Notes: generated by a model not told the origin, from the sequence alone. A stretch of DNA of 64,000 bases from Octopus vulgaris (GCA_951406725.2 OX597820.1:73842001-73906000), one strand, 5' to 3'. Numbered from the stretch's first letter, positions 1 through 12,950 are shown. Made by a program: numbers and translations.

Positions 1-117
1 ACCTAAAAATTGCGCTGCATCTAATATAGTCATATTATTGATAGGAGTCTTGTTACGGTCACTGGAGAACGACCATTCGTTGCGCATCGACCCCGCTGCT
101 TGTATATATGCATATTT

Positions 118-720
118 TAGATCTGGTAGTTATTTCATTGATCCTTTTTACCGAACCGCAAAGTTACGGGGACGTAAACAAACCAACAATGCTTGTGAAG
201 CGGTATGAGATACAAACACAAACACACGCACCCACCCCACAAACCGGAATTGACCTGTATCATGCTGGAGCACCGCTTCAAAAAATCGAGCCCAGGCCTT
301 ATTTTTAATTGTGGTTCTTATTGTATCGGTCTATTTTATCGGACCACCATGTTACAGGGACGTAAACAAAACAAAGTTTCCGCACAGTTTCCGCGTATCT
401 AATTCACACACAAGGCATTGGTCGGCCCGGGGTGGTGCCACGCAGTGTGACCGAACCCGAAACAATCTGGCTTCAAAGCGAGCTTCTTTTCCGCCCGGAC
501 CAATCCTTCATCGCTTATCTGTTGATTGTTTCAGTCATTGGACCGAGGTCATTCTGGAGCACCACCTTGAAAGGCTTCCTAAAACAAACTGATACCTCTA
601 CATCTTTTCTAAAGATTAGAACTTATTGTGTCGGTTTCTTGTTGTTTTTGCAGGACCACTATGTTACGGGGACGTAAACCAACCAACATAGGTTGACAAG
701 CGTTGGGAGAACTCGCACAA
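118..720 (-). mobile_element. Cluster of degenerate SINE family A fragments
   Basis: Several partial matches to the reverse complement of family A (e.g. CCGAACCGCAAAGTTACGGGGACGTAAAC, ATGCTGGAGCACCGC). Confidence 0.6.
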
Positions 721-845
721 ACGCAAATACACAGACACACGTATATATGTATATAAACATACCTGTTATCTTAATCATTATATGGTTTTCTTATTAGAAT
801 AGTAAGGATTTCGAAAAAATTACATTTACAATACTAAGTATGTAC

Positions 846-1150
846 GGAGTGGCTGTGTGGCAAGTAGCTTGCTTACCAATCACATGGTTCCGGGTTCAGT
901 CCCACTGCGTGCCACCTTGGGAAAGTGTTTCCACTATAGCCTCGGGCTGACCAAAGCCTTGTGAGTTGATTTGGTAGACGGAAACTGAAAGAAGCCTGTC
1001 GTATATTTCTCTTTTTTTCTCTTTTTTACTTGTTTCAGTCATTTGACTGCGGCCATGCTGGAGCACCGCCTTTAGTCGAGCAAATCGACCCCGGGACTTA
1101 TTCTTTTGTAAGCCCAGTACTTATTCTATCGGTCTCTTTTGCCGAACCGC

Positions 1151-1185
<35 letters not shown>

Positions 1186-1198
1186 GTGTGTGTGTGTA

Positions 1199-1234
<36 letters not shown>

Positions 1235-1400
1235 TTGTCGCCTCCAGCATCGGTTGACAACCGATGTTGGTGTGTTTACGTCCCCGTAAGCTAGCTGTTC
1301 AGCAAAAGAGAAGTACTAGGCTTATAAAGAATAAGTCCTGGGGTTCAATTTACTCGACTAACGGCCGCAGCCAAATGACTGAAACAAATAAAAGAATAAA
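846..1400 (+). mobile_element. tRNA-derived SINE family A (CORE-like), with an inverted 3' fragment of the same family inside its central microsatellite (~1022-1150)
   Basis: Head GGAGTGGCTGTGTGG..GGTTCCGGGTTCAGTCCC (A/B box-like), CORE-like CTGCGTGCCACCTTGGGAAAGTG, tail ..CAGCCAAATGACTGAAACAAATAAAAG; many copies in the window. Confidence 0.8.
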
Positions 1401-1555
1401 GTAATCTCCCTTGTAGATCACACGCCAAAATAGCACCAATTGATGTCGGTGATATTTGAATTCAGAACGTAAAAAGCTGGAAAACTGCCGCTTAGCATTT
1501 TGCCCGAGGCGCTAATTTATCTGCTAGCTCCCCGCCTAAAAATGTAAGTTCAAAT

Positions 1556-2125
1556 TTTGGCACAAGGCCAGCAATTTCGGGGGAAGAAATAAATCGATTA
1601 CATCGACTCCAGTGCTCAACTGGCATTTATTTTATCGATCCCCAAAAGGATGAAAAGCAAAGTCGACCCCAGCGGAATTTGAACTCAGAACATAAAGATA
1701 GATGAAATACCTATTTATTTACTACCCACAAGGGGCTAAACACAGAGGGGACAAACAAGGACAGACAAACGGATTAAGTCGATTATATCGACCCCAGTGC
1801 GCAACTGGTACTTATTTAATCGACTCCGAAAGGATGAAAGGCAAAGTCGACCTCGGCGGAATTTGAACTCAGAACGTAACAGCAGACGAAATACCTATTT
1901 CTTTACTACCCACAAGGGGCTAAACACAGAGAGGACAAACAAGGACAGACAAAGGGATTAAGTCGATTATATCGACCCCAGTGCGTAACTGGTACTTAAT
2001 TTATTGACCCCGAAAGGATGAAAGGCAAAGTCGACCTGGGCGGAATTTGAACTCAGAACGTAAAGACAGACGAAATACCGCTAAGCATTTCGCCCGGCAT
2101 GCTAACGTTTCTGCCAGCTCACCAC
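1556..2125 (-). mobile_element. SINE family B, multimer with ~184-bp internal tandem units
   Basis: Repeated GAAAGGATGAAAGGCAAAGTCGACCTCGGCGGAATTTGAACTCAGAAC; junction GAAATACCTATTT recurs at 1704 and 1888. Confidence 0.85.
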
Positions 2126-2130
2126 ATTAA

Positions 2131-2325
2131 CCCGTATATGCTCATAAAAAAATTTCTCTGTATTTAGATTAAACGTTATGGTAAGCTTTCATAATCTGGA
2201 AGAGAAGGACAATATGGAACTGTTAGCTACGGATGTCGACTACTGAACATTTCTGACGAGTTCATATCCAAACAAGTAGGAGCAGGTTCTGCGTTGCGAA
2301 AACGCAACCCGGGGGTATACATGGG
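2131..2325. mobile_element. piggyBac-like MITE
   Basis: TTAA|CCCGTATATGC ... GTATACATGGG|TTAA: TTAA on both sides, CCC/GGG termini, imperfect TIR (three transitions in 11 bp). Confidence 0.5.
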
Positions 2326-2550
2326 TTAAAAGTGATATTAATCAAAATTGTTTCAAATTTTGACAGAAGGTGAGTGATTTTAGTTGGAGGATGTTAACCA
2401 ATTAAATCTGTTGCAGTACTTTATTTTATCGAAGCTGACCTCGGCAGGAACTGAACTCAGAGTGTAAAAATTTGGGAGAAATTAGGTTAAACAATTCTTC
2501 CGACGTTCTAAACAATTCTGCCAGTTCGTTGCCGTCCGCTGGCTTTAATA

Positions 2551-2769
2551 ATCTTTTCTACTAAAGGCACTAGGCTTGAAATTCGTGGGGATGGGGGTGG
2601 AGACTATCCGATTACACCGATCCCAGTGTTTCACAGGTACTTAATTTATCTACTTCGATAGAATGAAAGGCAAAGTCGACCCCGGAGGAATTTGAACTCA
2701 GAATGTAACGACGGACGAAGTACCGCTAAGCGTTTCGCCCGGCGTGCTAACGATTCTGCCAGCTCGCTG
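2551..2769 (-). mobile_element. SINE family B
   Basis: Matches the family B core and head (AAAGTCGACCCCGGAGGAATTTGAACTCAGAA..GCTAACGATTCTGCCAGCTCGC). Confidence 0.75.
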
Positions 2770-3346
2770 TCGTCTGCTGCCTTTAACAATGGCTTCAAAG
2801 TTGGGCCAAACGCTAGCGGTTTTTGTTAGAGGATTTAGTCGATTATATTTAAGGACGCCAAAGGGACGAAAGGCAGAGTCAACCTCGGTGGGATCGCCTC
2901 TTTCAGTAAGAATTCTTCCTAGAACTCAGTTCTTCACTGATCTTTTATTTTATCGTCTCTGAAACGATGAAAGGCAAACAAATATCCAAATACACAAACG
3001 TTCTGAGATCAAACCTCATTGAGGCCAATCTTCTCTTTCATCTTTTCGTGGGTGGATAAAGTAAGTACTCTCCTCCAAAATCGATAAAGTAAAGTACGAA
3101 GCAAGTACAGAGATCGATGGACGTTTATTAAACCCTCCCCTCAAAATACCGCAAGAGATTCTAAACTTTCTGTTAACTTTCAGCTTAAATTATTTCTAAT
3201 TTAGTTATATGGCCAACAGTTTCGAGGAGAGGGTTTTTTTCCAACACCATCGACCCCACTACTTGACGGATGCTTTATATTATCGAACCGGAGGGATGAA
3301 AGATAAAGTTGACTTCGGCAGGGTTTGAATTTCCACCACATAGATC

Positions 3347-3720
3347 TTTTACTTGTTTCAGTCATTTGACTGTAGCCATGCTGGAGCACCGCCCTTAGTC
3401 GAGCAAATCGACCCCAGGACTTATTCTTTGTAAGCCTTGTACTTATTCTATTGGGCTCTTTTGCTAAGTTACGGGGACGTAAGCACACCAGCATCGGTTG
3501 TCAAGCAATGTTGGGGGGACAAATACAGACACACACACACACACACATACATATATACGACAGACTTCTTTCAGTTTCCATCTACCAAATCCACTCACAA
3601 AGCTTTCGTGGGCCTGAGGCTATAGTAGAAGACACTTACCCAAGGTGCCACGCAGTGAGACTGAAGCCGGAACTATGTGGTTCGTAAGCAAGCTACTTAC
3701 CACACAGCCGCTCCTACGCC
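3347..3720 (-). mobile_element. SINE family A, near full length
   Basis: Reverse-complement match from tail to head of family A. Confidence 0.8.
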
Positions 3721-3789
3721 TGGAAGAAATACTTAAAAGCATTTTCTTCAACGCTCGAACGATTCTGCCAACGCGCTGCACTTTTGATG

Positions 3790-4050
3790 TGAAGGTGGGG
3801 GACCAAGCAGTTCGGGTGATATACAGGCGATCGCAAGATAGTGGTTTCGATTCCCAGACCGGGTGGTGCGTTGTGTTCTTGAGCAAAACACTTCATTTCA
3901 CGTTGTTCCCGCCTACTCAGCTTCTAGTGAGTAATCCTGCGACGGACTGGCGCTCCATCCAGGGGGAAATGTTATTACGGCATAGAAACCGAGTGATCAG
4001 GTTTATGAGTCCTAAGGCTCAAGACTGCAATGTGTAACGCTTGATGAGGA
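3790..4050 (+). mobile_element. tRNA-derived SINE (family C/D-like), degenerate
   Basis: GGTTTCGATTCCCAGACCGGG B-box region, then TGTGTTCTTGAGCAAAACACTT; related to 9878 and 18605. Confidence 0.6.
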
Positions 4051-4665
4051 CTGCTCTTCTGTACGAATTGTTTCTGGCATAAATTCAGAATCTGAAATAC
4101 AATGGGAGAAATTTAGTTAATGAAATCGACCAGAATACTTGTCTAGTATTTAATTTCATTGACCCAAGACTTCCGGAGGGAAGAAATGCAAAATGAACCT
4201 CTGTGGAATAATGCATCTACTATATGCTGCACCTCGACATAGTGCACGTATAGCGCTTGATTGATATTGCACATGTATACCTCCCCACTCCAGGGGTAAG
4301 TTTCATGTGCACACTTAGACAAAAAATCCACATAAAGAGAGCATAGATGCATATATGCATGTATAGTGCACATATGTGCTTAGGAACGTACATTCGAGCC
4401 AAAAGATACGGATACATAGAGGCATACATAGAAAGATACACAAACAAAGAATGTATTGCTTACATGCATCCACATATGCATACACAAATGCATCCACGCA
4501 TGCGTATATGCATAAAAGATAGATTATGCTGTTTCTCACTTTAGCTGTGAGAAAAAATGCAGTTGTGACAGATAACAGACAGGAAGTGCTTGAAATAAAA
4601 TTTAAAATAAAAACAAAGATTCAGATAATGAGAATAAGGATAAATCTTTACTCGTAACTCGAATG

Positions 4666-4741
<76 letters not shown>

Positions 4742-4801
4742 ATACATACATACACTATATATGTGTAGATATTTGTGTCTATATATATACATATATATAT
4801 G

Positions 4802-4845
<44 letters not shown>

Positions 4846-4860
4846 TATACATATATATAC

Positions 4861-4904
<44 letters not shown>

Positions 4905-5166
4905 ACGCGCGTATGTGTATGTATACATACAATATATATATAATATATATATGTGTGTGTGTATATATATGTATATATATATACGTACATATATTTGTGT
5001 ATGTATATATGTATATATATACATGCGCACGCACGCGCGTGTGTATACATATATATGTATATATACTTATATACATACATACATAATACATATATATATA
5101 TATATATATATATAAATATATATATATATACTTATATACATAGATACATAATACATACATATATAT

Positions 5167-5199
<33 letters not shown>

Positions 5200-5236
5200 C
5201 TTATATACATACATACATACATATACACATACATAC

Positions 5237-5304
<68 letters not shown>
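4666..5304. repeat. Compound (TA)n/(CA)n/(TACA)n microsatellite
   Basis: Directly visible; it generates the IYIY ORFs. Confidence 0.95.
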
Positions 5305-5307
<3 letters not shown>

Positions 5308-5478
5308 AAAGAGTGCCTTTGTAAAATAATATTCGGCAAACCTCCCTTTCCGTTTCGAAGAAATATAGAGATGTTCTTTATTGTCTACATGAAAGATTGT
5401 GCTCTTTTTATTTTATTTGTTCCTTCTGTTTATAAAACTGCCTTCGCTGTATTCAGTGTATTTAGTAGCAGCAGCAGC

Positions 5479-5525
<47 letters not shown>

Positions 5526-5851
5526 AAGAAGAAGAAGAAGAAAGGAAACTACATAAATTTGAATACAACTCAAAACGCTGCCGACAAGGCAGCCTCACAT
5601 TTCCCAATAATACGTGAGATAAGTTTGATGATGATGATGATGATGATGACGATGTTGATGATAATAATCCTTTCTATTATAGGCACAAGGCCTGGATTTT
5701 GTTGGGAAGGTGACAGTCGATCATATCGACCCCAGTACTCAACTGGTACTTAATTTATCGACCCCATCCTCAGTTCATATTCCACCAACAGTTTCAGGGA
5801 AGGTGGTAAGTCGATGACAGCGACCCTAATACTCAGCTGATACTTATTTTA

Positions 5852-6033
5852 GGCGGAGGTAAAGATGATGGACCGCACCCCCTTTGGGATTTTTTTTTAC
5901 AAGACACACTATATCGAGGGCGGAGATTCCGAATATGCAAAAAGAAAAAAAAAAGCATTTCAAAATTTTAATTCCCCACCACTCCCACCATCAATGTCTT
6001 AAATTTTTACATTTTTAAAAAAGTATTTTTCGA

Positions 6034-6075
<42 letters not shown>

Positions 6076-6188
6076 AATTTTGAAATGCCTTTTTTTTTTT
6101 GCAGATTCGGAATCTCCGCCATCGATGTAGTGCGTTCCCTTTAAAAAAAATCTCAAAGGTGGTGTGGCCCATGATCTTTACCTCAGCC
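5852..6188. mobile_element. Mutator-like foldback MITE inserted in a family B SINE
   Basis: ~120-bp imperfect TIRs (GGCGGAGGTAAAGATGATGG / CCATGATCTTTACCTCAGCC), GG termini, 9-bp TSD CTTATTTTA (5843-5851) / CTTATTTCA (6189-6197); the SINE sequence resumes after it. Confidence 0.75.
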
Positions 6189-6924
6189 CTTATTTCATCG
6201 ACCTTCCCCACCACTGCTCCACAAAAAGATGAGAGGCGAAGATGATCCCGGTGGAATTTGAACTCAGAACATAAAGACTGACGAAATACCGCTAAACATT
6301 TTGCCTGGCGTGCTCACGATTCTGCCTGCTTGCCGCTTCGTTTTAAGCTTATATATTAAGAAGTCGAAAATAAATGAAGAGCGATAGGTAACGGGAGAGA
6401 TAAAGAGTTTGATGAAAGGTGGAGTAAATTTGAAAATAGAACCGTTAAACTCCATATTTAGGATAAAGTTAAAAGGCAAATAGATTAGTTTCGACTGCAA
6501 TTCAGTGAGAAGCTCTTTGTTGACTGGCAAAGCATCAAAGTTTTAGCCCGTTAAAGAAATCTAAATTTATGAATGTCGAAACAGATTTCGAGAGGACAAA
6601 ATTTAATTTAAATCAAAAATAAATTCTGAAATGCAAGATGTAATAAAAAGTATCTACACACGTGTAGATTATTAAATTCAGAGCCAGTAATGAAACAATT
6701 TAATGAATTAATTGAGATAATACATTTGTAAGCTAAACATAGTTTAGCTTTCAAAGGTAAAGTCTGAAAAGATGTAAAATTAGGTTATATAATTATTAAT
6801 TAGATATGCTCCAAACTGAATGATATATAGTTACGTGCGGGTATATTTAATATGTTGGTTTACATTCGGATATGGGGAGATATTACACTGCACAAGATGA
6901 ATCGGGAGAAGAAATTCTCTTTAT

Positions 6925-7249
6925 GGCGTTCCTTCGTTTTAACTCGACAAAACTATAACGAGACCTCGGTTGTTTCCGTGACAACTCGACAATTTACTTC
7001 GGATATCTTCGTGACCTCCGAAAATTTGTGGATTTTACATACACACATGAAGCAGGTAAGAACAACTATGCAAGGCTTTTTGCTGGCATAATTTCGTTAT
7101 ATCTATATTCCACAACACAGAAATACATAAAAAACATAACACGCTCACTGTCACGGAGGTCACGAAAATATCCGAAGTGAATTGTCGAGTTGTCACGGAA
7201 ACAACCGAGGTCTTGTTATGGTTTTGTCGAGTTAAAACGAAGGAACACC
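6925..7249. mobile_element. MITE with ~95-bp TIRs (Merlin- or Mutator-like)
   Basis: GGCGTTCCTTCGTTTTAACTCGACAAAAC.. / ..GTTTTGTCGAGTTAAAACGAAGGAACACC; exact 8-bp TSD CTCTTTAT (6917-6924, 7250-7257). Confidence 0.85.
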
Positions 7250-7821
7250 CTCTTTATTCACAATATGGGTGTAAACACACCACTGGGCCGTCAATGATAT
7301 CACCGGACCGTAGAACATATGCATTTCTGTGTCGTTACGCTCCAACCGCTACTTATAGCGGAGCGTCTGTCATGGTCACTAAGAGGTGGTTTCTCTTATA
7401 TTAGAATAAAAAATGGTACATTTACTAATGTGCAAAAAGCTTTGTCAACATGGAATAAATCAATTAGATGCACTTTAAGTAACATTAAATGAAATATAGT
7501 TATGTACAGTTACTTCCAACATGTTCGCATGCATTCACGCTGCACAAGTTGTGCTGGGAGAAAAAAAATTCTCTTAAGGGAAGAAGATAAACGTAATCAT
7601 TAAATTAAATATTCAAAATCTGTCGAATAGGAGAACAGAATACTTACTTGAGTATAGTGATTACAGAATGGCAGTCTGAATTATTGAAGAGCTTATACGA
7701 AAAGGGACATAACTAGGGTAAGCTAATTCTGTATGAGTAAAAAGAAATAAGGAAAAATTGAAGAAGAGGGTAAGATATACACAACTCTAATTACATGCTT
7801 GTAAAAGCAAAATATGTGTAG

Positions 7822-8575
7822 AGGCGCAGACATTAAGAAGCAACCAGGTGGTTTTGGTTTCAATCCCACTTTGCAGCACCTTGGGGAAATGTTTCTTACA
7901 ATAGCTCCGGGCTGCCTAATTCTTTGTGATTGAATTTGGTAGACAGAAACTGTGAGAAAGTCTATCGTATGTATGTATGTATGTATGTATGTATGTATGT
8001 ATGTATGTATGTATGTATGTATGTATGTATGTATGTATGTATGTATGTATGTATGTATGTATGTATGTATGTATGTATGTATGTATGTATGTATGTATGT
8101 ATGTATGTATGTATGTATGTATGTATGTATGTATGTATGTATGTATGTATGTACGTACGTATGTGTGTGTGTGTACGTGTGTGTGTGTGTATGTATGTGT
8201 GTGTGTATGTATGTGTGTGTGTGTGTGTGTATTTGCGTGTGTATGTATGTGTGTGTGTGTGAGCGTGCGTCTGTGAGAGTGTGATTGTGTGTGAGTGCGT
8301 ATGTGTGTGTGAGTGTGTGTGTGCGCAAGTGCGTGCGTGTGTCTTTGTGTATGTTTCTTTGTGAGTGTATTTGCCTCATCATTCTCTTGACAGTCAGCGT
8401 TGGTTTATTAAAGCCCCGGTAACTTAACGGTTGGACAGCAGGAAACGAAAAAAATAAGTATCAGACTTTAAAAAATAGATACTGTGGTTGATTTGTCCGA
8501 CTAACCCATTCAAGATAGTGCTCCAGCATGGCCACAGTTCACTGACTGAGACAAGTGCAGGATAGAAGATAATAT
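7822..8575 (+). mobile_element. SINE family A with large internal (TATG)n/(TG)n expansion
   Basis: Head at ~7822-7968, microsatellite ~7968-8370, tail GTGCTCCAGCATGGCCACAGT at ~8520. Confidence 0.7.
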
Positions 8576-8706
8576 GTCTAAAAAAAAATATTAATTTCAA
8601 GCGCAAGTTTTTAGCGATTTATCAATTCATAACTAGATGAATGGAAATGCATTTAAAATTGTGGAAACCAGGTTAAGTGCAGATAATATATACATTTATA
8701 TTGTGA

Positions 8707-8779
8707 GCCTCCATAGCTCAGAGGTTAGAGCACTGGTCTTGTAAACCAGGGGTCGTGAGTTCAATTCTCACTGGGGGCT
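8707..8779 (+). tRNA. tRNA-Thr: tRNA-Thr(UGU), intronless
   Basis: Acceptor stem GCCTCCA/TGGGGGC, D-arm GCTC..GAGC, anticodon arm CTGGT-CTTGTAA-ACCAG, T-arm GTGAG-TTCAATT-CTCAC; 73 nt; very similar to metazoan tRNA-Thr-TGT. Confidence 0.95.
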
Positions 8780-8791
8780 TCATAAAAGATG

Positions 8792-8799
8792 TTTTTTTT
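8792..8799 (+). terminator. Pol III terminator (T8) of tRNA-Thr
   Basis: Run of 8 T about 12 nt after the tRNA 3' end. Confidence 0.7.
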
Positions 8800-9297
8800 A
8801 AGGCGGCGAGCTGGCAGAAACGTTAGCACACCGGGCGAAATGCTTTGCGGTATTTCGTCTGTCTTTATGTTCTGAGTTCAAATTCCGCCGAGGTCGACTA
8901 TGCCTTTCATCCTTTTGGGGTCGATAAATTAAGTACCAGTTACGCACTGGGGTCGATGTAATCGACTTAATCCGTTTGTCTGCCCTTGTTTGGCCTCTCT
9001 GTATTTAGCCCCTTGCGGGTAGTAAAGAAATAGGTATTTCGTCTGCCGCTACGTTCTGAATTCAAATTCCGCCGGGGTCGACGATGCCTTTCATCCTTTT
9101 GGGGTCGATAAATTAAGTACCAGTTATGCACTGGGGTCGATGTAATCGACTTAATCCGTTTATCTGTCCTTGTTTGTCTTCTCTGTGTTTAGCCCCTTGT
9201 AGGTAGTAAAGAAATAGGTATTTCATCTGTCTTTACGTTCTGAGTTCAAATTCCGCCGAGGTCGACTTTGCCTTTCATCCTTTCGGGGTCGATGAAT
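8800..9297 (+). mobile_element. SINE family B multimer (184-bp units)
   Basis: AAGGCGGCGAGCTGGCAGAAACGTTAGC head; junction AAAGAAATAGGTATTTC at 9024 and 9208; core GCCTTTCATCCTTTCGGGGTCGAT resembles the Meta/MESC-type SINE domain. Confidence 0.85.
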
Positions 9298-9402
9298 TAT
9301 GTACAAGTTGCAGTATGACGGTTGTGCTTTTGGCGGCGAAGAGGATTGCAGTGACTCCAGCAAGCGCTATAGGTTATACATCAGAGTCGCCTTCTTCGAG
9401 GT

Positions 9403-9767
9403 CAGTGGTTCTCAATCGTGGTCCATATGACCCGAGGGAATCCATGTAAGGTTTCGATGGGGGCCCATGCAAACAAAATAGTAAAATTAGGTATTCACTG
9501 TTGTATATTAAGCGTCCTTGAAAAAATTTCGCTTGAGATGTATGTATTGGTATGTATTGCAAGAAGCAGCTTAGTTTCTTTCTCTAACATTTTACACAGT
9601 TCAATTTACACAAGTTAAAAGTTAATATGTGGAAAACAAAATTAGAATTTTGAAAGAAGTTTCTATAAAACTAGTTTTTAAACATCAAATGGCTATGGAG
9701 GTCCATCAGAATTAAATAGTAGTCAATGGGGTACTTAGGTAAAAAAAAAAAAGGTTGAGAGCCCTTG
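9403..9767. mobile_element. hAT (Charlie-like) non-autonomous element
   Basis: Termini CAGTGGTTCTCAA ... AAGGTTGAGAGCCCTTG; TSD not clearly preserved. Confidence 0.6.
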
Positions 9768-9877
9768 CTTTAGTTGTATGTATTGCAAGAAACAGCCATA
9801 TGTATTATTTCCAAAATACTGAAATTGTTTTATTCGGCATTGATTAAATATTTTCTTGGAGGCAGTGCATATTATGT

Positions 9878-10180
9878 GGAGGCGCAATGGCCCTGTGGTT
9901 AGGGCAGCGGACTCGCGGTTGGAGGATCGCTTTTTCGATTCCCAGACCGAGCATTGCGTGTGTTTATTGAGCGAAAACACCTAAAGCTCCACGAGGCTCC
10001 GGTAGCGGGTGGTGGTGACCCCTGTTGTACTCTTTCGCCCCAACTTTCTCTCACTCTTTCTTCCTGGTTCTTGAGTAACGCAGCGATGGACTGGCGTCCC
10101 GTCCAGCTGGGGGGGGGGGGACACATACGCCGCAGAAACCGGGAAAGCGGGCCCATGAGCCTGGCTAGGCTTGAAAAGGA
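9878..10180 (+). mobile_element. tRNA-derived SINE family C
   Basis: GGAGGCGCAATGGCCCTGTGGTTAGGGCAGCGGACTCGCGG..TTCGATTCCCAGACCG; same head at 56033. Confidence 0.75.
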
Positions 10181-10311
10181 CGAGAAAGAAAGAAGTAAAT
10201 ACCATAGAATTTTTAATAAACACACACATATAAACACACACACACACACACGTGTGTGCGTTTAGAAATAGCGTGTAGGTGAAGTGATATATAAGATGAA
10301 ATGTAAAAGCC

Positions 10312-10342
<31 letters not shown>

Positions 10343-10710
10343 ATACAATAAAAGCTCTCGGTTTTAGTTGTTAGCGACACACTGGCTCTTTTTTCATTGA
10401 CTTTTACTCACAAGTGGACACTGGTCATCCTGCTTAGTAAACATGTCCGCCACAAATTATTTACAATCCAAGTTTGACACCCAACAGTTCAAAGGTGAAA
10501 CTGGCCTGGCAACGATTTCAATTGAATTCTAAATCTGCAAATATTCCATGGTCTGCGTTCTTTCTCGTCTTCTTTCCGTTTGTTTATTATATTTTGCTTT
10601 CATGGTCAAGCTGTCTCCTTCTTTTTTTTCGTTTGGCTATCGCCTCTCTCTGTAGTTCATTCTTTTACAATACATACATACATACATACATACATACATA
10701 CATACATACA

Positions 10711-10744
<34 letters not shown>

Positions 10745-10844
10745 GTTAATCCAAACATGAAAAGACAAAACACAACGCGAAGACGTGGAACAAGTATAGT
10801 GTTATTGGACGCTCAGGAAAGGAACCCACACATAATACATATAA

Positions 10845-11260
10845 GTGCAGGCGTGACTGCGTGGTAAGAAAATTGCTTCTCAAATACATGGTTCTGGGTT
10901 CAGTCCCATTGCGTGGCCCCTTGGGCAAGTATCTTCTACTATAGCCACAGGTCGACAAAAGCCTTGTGAATAGATTTGGTAGACGAAAACTGAAAGAAAC
11001 CCGTCCTATATATATGTATATATATATATATGTGTGTGTGTGTATTTATGCACGTGTGCCTTTGAGTCTATGTTTGACAACCGATGTTGGCGTGTTTACG
11101 TCCCGTCCATTAGCGGTTGCGTAAAAGAGACCGATAGAATAAGTACTAGGCTTACAAAGAATATGCCCTGGGGTCAATTTCTTCGACTTATAGACCCTTT
11201 AAGGCGGTTTTCCAGTATGGTCGCAGTCAAATGACTGAAGCAAGCAAAAGATAAAAGATA
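10845..11260 (+). mobile_element. SINE family A, full length
   Basis: Head, CORE-like segment, microsatellite and tail all present. Confidence 0.8.
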
Positions 11261-11303
11261 TTGTATATATATATATATATATATATACATACATACACAC
11301 ACA

Positions 11304-11791
<488 letters not shown>

Positions 11792-12055
11792 TACATACAA
11801 ACCCTCACACGTGTGTATATACGACGGGGTTCTGGGCTTCTATACAGTTTCTATACACCACATGCACTCACAAGGCATCAATCAGTCCTCTGTGTGTGTG
11901 TGTGTGTGTATGTCTTTGCTTTTGTCTCTCACACTGTTTTCGTGCTGGTCCTTTGATGTACAGATATATGCATTTCTAGTTTAATTTTTTTACCGTTGAT
12001 TTGTTTATATATTTGTAACTTAGCAGTGCGGTAAAAACGATCGATAGAATGAATG

Positions 12056-12242
12056 TGTTATGTCGCAATACTACACAGTGGCTGTGTGAGCTACGAAATC
12101 CCCGTCGCACGTTCGGATACCTCTACTACTCACTTCTACTCTGCTCGACTCTTCACAGCTGTGCTCTCGACGTCTTGGCTTCTCCCTCTATATCTACGTA
12201 CTGGGTTAGCCTACTTCATCGTCTGGGGGCGTCCACACAACA
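12056..12242. mobile_element. Solo LTR inserted in the tail of a family A SINE
   Basis: TGTTATGT...ACACAACA termini; 5-bp TSD GAATG/AAATG (1 mismatch); the SINE continues on both sides. Confidence 0.65.
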
Positions 12243-12599
12243 AAATGCCAAACTTAAAAATAAGTACTGGGGTCGATCTGCTCAACTAAACCCTTCCAGG
12301 CGGAGCCCCAGCATGGCTGCAGTCCAATGATTGAAGCAAGTAAAAGATAAAAGAATGAACTAGACTTGCACATATCTCTACATCAGATGATCAGAATGAA
12401 AGCATCATTATTTTCTCTTCTCACCGGAATGTTTGTATGTGTGTGCGTAATTTGGTGAGTATGTGTGTATGCTTATGTATGCCTGCGTGCGTGTGTATGA
12501 ATGTACCGTATATATATATGTTTGAAAGTATGTATGTGTGTGTGTGTATGAGGAGAACTCAGAAATCTCCTCGTAAGGAGATCCACATCGCCCTTGCCA

Positions 12600-12950
12600 A
12601 ACAACCAGGCACTTTTAAATGTGATCTTCGATAATGCAAATCCTTTCCCTGCATTAACAATACTATAACCACCTCAAGACAGGATCATATTACTCAAAAT
12701 TGTTGCAAACCGTCTAACCTTACATATTGCACCATATGCAAATTTTCGGTACCTTTTGCATTGGAGAAAGCGGCCAACGGCTTGCTGATCGCTTTCGGGA
12801 GTATATTTGAAGCATACTGCTACGTATGCCTGGCCAATCTGCCGCCACCCACTTTAACAATACAGGTCAGTGGAACGAAGGGGAACAAGGATTCTCATTC
12901 GAACTTGGAACCATGTCACTGACAGGCTTAAATGAACGTTTTCCCTTCTG
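12600..12950 (+). pseudogene. Penelope-like element GIY-YIG endonuclease remnant
   Basis: Manual translation across stops/frameshifts: PGTFKC..RxCKSFPCI..SNLTYCTICK..CIGESGQRLADRFREY..AATHFN..EQGFSFELGTMSLTGLNERF, matching PLE CCHH-finger/GIY-YIG C-terminal motifs. Confidence 0.8.

Noticed and set aside
2253-2305. CTGACGA...GAAA hammerhead
   Set aside because: No convincing stems I-III; the GAAA is the loop of an unrelated GTTGCG/CGCAAC hairpin.
4541-5339. Long ORFs (up to 204 aa here, 239 aa at 54191) rich in IY, CV, HT or YVCM
   Set aside because: Translations of microsatellites; the same applies to most of the ORF track.
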